DNA of 64,000 bases from Alphaproteobacteria bacterium (GTDB lineage Bacteria > Pseudomonadota > Alphaproteobacteria > Bin95). The stretch spans positions 3,104,001 to 3,168,000 of the forward strand of contig CBDBGH010000003.1 of NCBI GenBank assembly GCA_965205265.1. The letters are read 5' to 3'. A program made the position numbers and the translations under genes. Positions 61,978 to 64,000 of this stretch are shown here, one piece after another; position 1 is the first letter of the stretch, and every line of letters starts with the position of its first letter. Below the pieces are notes generated by a model. The model searched no databases. It was not told the origin of the DNA and saw only the letters and a program-made list of their open reading frames with translations.

Positions 61978-62019
61978 TCACTCGTGGTAATCGACAATCT
62001 CGACATTGTACGGTCCCGG
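61978..62019 (-). pseudogene. higB: C-terminal stub of a HigB toxin
   Basis: PGPYNVEIVDYHE* just before higA; NVEIVDYH is the typical HigB C-terminus. Confidence 0.75.
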
Positions 62020-62110
62020 CCGGCCCAGGCTCCAGCCCCCGCCCCCACTGCGCCGGCCCGGATTCGATGCGGCGCGGTGCAACGGGAAAGCCGGGCGTCT
62101 CCTTCCACCG

Positions 62111-62320
62111 CTACCGCCCGTCCGCGCGATGGCGGCGGAGGCGGGCGAGGCGGCTGTTGCGCTCCAGGCCGTGGCGCTGCAGGAAGCACTGCACCGTGGA
62201 GGCGTTGAACGCCACGCCTTCGGCGGCCAGCGCAGCGCGCAGCGCCCGCCCGGAAATCGCCGGACGCTCCTCCAGGATGCGGAACATGCGCTCCCGCTCG
62301 CGCTCGATCAGCGACGGACG
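62111..62320 (-). mobile_element. IS630-like winged-HTH fragment, 5'-truncated, no DDE domain
   Basis: RPSLIERERERMFRILEERPAISGRALRAALAAEGVAFNASTVQCFLQRHGLERNSRLARLRRHRADGR*. Confidence 0.62.
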
Positions 62321-62321
62321 A

Positions 62322-62350
62322 TAGACCCCGGATCAAGTCCAGGGTGACGG
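62322..62350 (-). repeat. Single arm of the palindromic repeat family seen at 4175-4266
   Basis: Minus strand ccgtcaccctggacttgatccggggtcta versus cgtcatacccggacttgttccgggtatc. Confidence 0.6.
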
Positions 62351-62414
62351 CTAGGGGAAGGCGGGAACGCGTGCGGGGGGGGGGGGGAACAGCACAGCCG
62401 AACAGGGCCCGGCC

Positions 62415-63749
62415 TTACTCCAGCCCCGCCGCCTCCAGGGCTGCGGCCTGGCGGGCTGCGAGAGCGTCCGCGTCGAAGCCGTCGATGAGGCCGTGGAAGA
62501 GGCGGTGCCAGTTCACCTCCGCCCTGAGCCGCATGAAGACCGAGCCGAGGCCGATGGCGGCGCGGTCCATGAGCACGAATTCGCGCGGCGGGCGCACCCC
62601 GCCGACCCGCCTCAACTCCCGGTGCACCCGGGCCGCGACGGTTGCGCCGTACAGGCCGCTCTCGCTCTCCTGGATGCGCTGGACGCGGTCCTGAAGCAAG
62701 GGCGCGTAAAGGAACTCCGCCCAGATGTTCAGCACCTCGATCAGTTCGCGCGACGGGTTCTCGAAGCCCCAGGTCTCATAGGCCGAGACCGCCAGCGCTT
62801 CGTCGCCGTCCCGGAGCGCCCGGTAGAGGTCGATCACGCCCTTGACGAAGGAGGGCGGGAACACCCGGATGCAGCCGAAGTCCAGCAGGTTGATGGCGAA
62901 ATCCTCCCGCATCGAGTAGTTGCCGAGATGCGGGTCGCCGTGGATGACGCCGCAATCGTAGAAGGGCACATACCAGGCGCGGAACATGTTCTCGGCCAGC
63001 CGGTTGCGTGCCTCCACGGCCAGGTCCACCGCCTCCAGCAGCGGGCGGCCGTCGATCCAGGTCATGGTGAGCAGGCGGCCGGTCGAAAGCGCCTCCACCG
63101 GCTCCGGCACGGTCACGCCGGCCTCGCCGGCCAGCATTGCCCCGTAGAGGCGCATATGCTTCGCCTCGCGGTGGTAGTCGAGCTCCTCCCTGAGCCGCTC
63201 CGAAAGCTCCTGGAAGATGCTTTCCGTGCGCACCGCCCGGTCGCGGCGCTCATAGATGGACAGCACCACCCGCAACTGCCGGAGGTCCGCTTCCACGGCC
63301 GCGGCCATGTCGGGATATTGCAGCTTGCAGGCAAGGCGCGCGCCGTCGGGCGCGGTCGCGCGGTGGACCTGGCCGAGCGAGGCCGCATGGGCGGCGCTGC
63401 GCTCGAACTCGCGGAAGCGCTTCGGCCATTCCGGGCCGAGCTCGCCCGCCATCCGCCGGCGCACGAACGGCCAGCCCATCGACGGCGCGTCGGCCTGCAA
63501 TTGCCGCAATTCCTCCGCATAGGCCGACGGCAGCGCATCGGGAATGGTGGCGAGGATCTGCGCCACCTTCATCAGCGGCCCCTTGAGGCCGCCCACCGCA
63601 GCCGCAAGCTCGCGCGCATGGGCGTCATGCTCGATCTTTCGCCCGAGAAGCCGCCGCCCGGCATAGTTCGCCGCGAGGCCGCCGACCGCGCCGCCGACCC
63701 GCGCATAGCGGCGCAACTGGCCGCCGAGGCCGCCCGAATCGTCGCTCAT
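62415..63749 (-). CDS. AarF/ABC1/UbiB kinase family protein
   Basis: KGPLMKVAQ, AASLGQVH, KLQYP, EELDY, HGDPHLGN, LDFG. Confidence 0.93.
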   Translation of the reverse strand: MSDDSGGLGGQLRRYARVGGAVGGLAANYAGRRLLGRKIEHDAHARELAAAVGGLKGPLMKVAQILATIPDALPSAYAEELRQLQADAPSMGWPFVRRRMAGELGPEWPKRFREFERSAAHAASLGQVHRATAPDGARLACKLQYPDMAAAVEADLRQLRVVLSIYERRDRAVRTESIFQELSERLREELDYHREAKHMRLYGAMLAGEAGVTVPEPVEALSTGRLLTMTWIDGRPLLEAVDLAVEARNRLAENMFRAWYVPFYDCGVIHGDPHLGNYSMREDFAINLLDFGCIRVFPPSFVKGVIDLYRALRDGDEALAVSAYETWGFENPSRELIEVLNIWAEFLYAPLLQDRVQRIQESESGLYGATVAARVHRELRRVGGVRPPREFVLMDRAAIGLGSVFMRLRAEVNWHRLFHGLIDGFDADALAARQAAALEAAGLE

Positions 63750-64000
63750 GCGGCCTCCAGCTCGTCCACGAAGCCGGCAATGCGCGCCAGGCCCCGGTCC
63801 CAGAACGCCGGGTCGCGGGCGTCGAGGCCGAAGGGGGCCAGCAACGCGCCGTGATGCTTCGACCCGCCGGCGGCGAGCATGTCGAGATATTTGCCCTCGA
63901 AGCCCTCGCTCCCGTCCTCATAGGCCGCGTAGAGCGCGTTCACCAGGCAGTCGCCGAAGGCATAGGCATAGACATAGAAGGGCGCATGGATGAAATGGCC
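63746..64000 (-). CDS. pepF: M3 family oligoendopeptidase F, C-terminal part (start outside the window)
   Basis: HFIHAPFYVYAYAFGDCLVNALY...LAAGGS...FGLDARDPAFW. Confidence 0.88.
   Translation of the reverse strand, partial: GHFIHAPFYVYAYAFGDCLVNALYAAYEDGSEGFEGKYLDMLAAGGSKHHGALLAPFGLDARDPAFWDRGLARIAGFVDELEAA

Overview
High-GC chromosomal window from an alphaproteobacterium, probably Rhodospirillales-like. This is inferred from the gene orders xseB-ispA-dxs-tlyA, rluD-rpoH, mreBCD-mrdA-rodA and efp-suhB, and from a phasin gene with PhaR-type operators. About 60 CDS are present: core housekeeping genes, many catabolic oxidoreductases/hydrolases, a branched-chain-type ABC transporter and a BCCT transporter. 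No rRNA, tRNA, CRISPR array, integrase or intact transposase was seen. Four small accessory insertions interrupt the backbone. (1) A lower-GC cassette of a frameshifted Schlafen/AlbA_2-HATPase gene plus an orphan ParA-like ATPase sits between hydantoinase/oxoprolinase subunits A and B, with 4-bp stop/start overlaps at all three junctions; this is the best candidate for an undescribed defence-like system. (2) A BrnT/BrnA toxin-antitoxin (TA) pair. (3) A low-GC gene with an ApeA-like HEPN C-terminus next to an IS630-like HTH stub. (4) A TA 'graveyard': RelE plus antitoxin, HigA plus a HigB stub, a second IS630-like stub and a half palindromic repeat. Also noted: palindromic intergenic repeats and in-frame tandem repeats in two proteins. 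All calls come from motif recognition by eye; no searches or computations were run.
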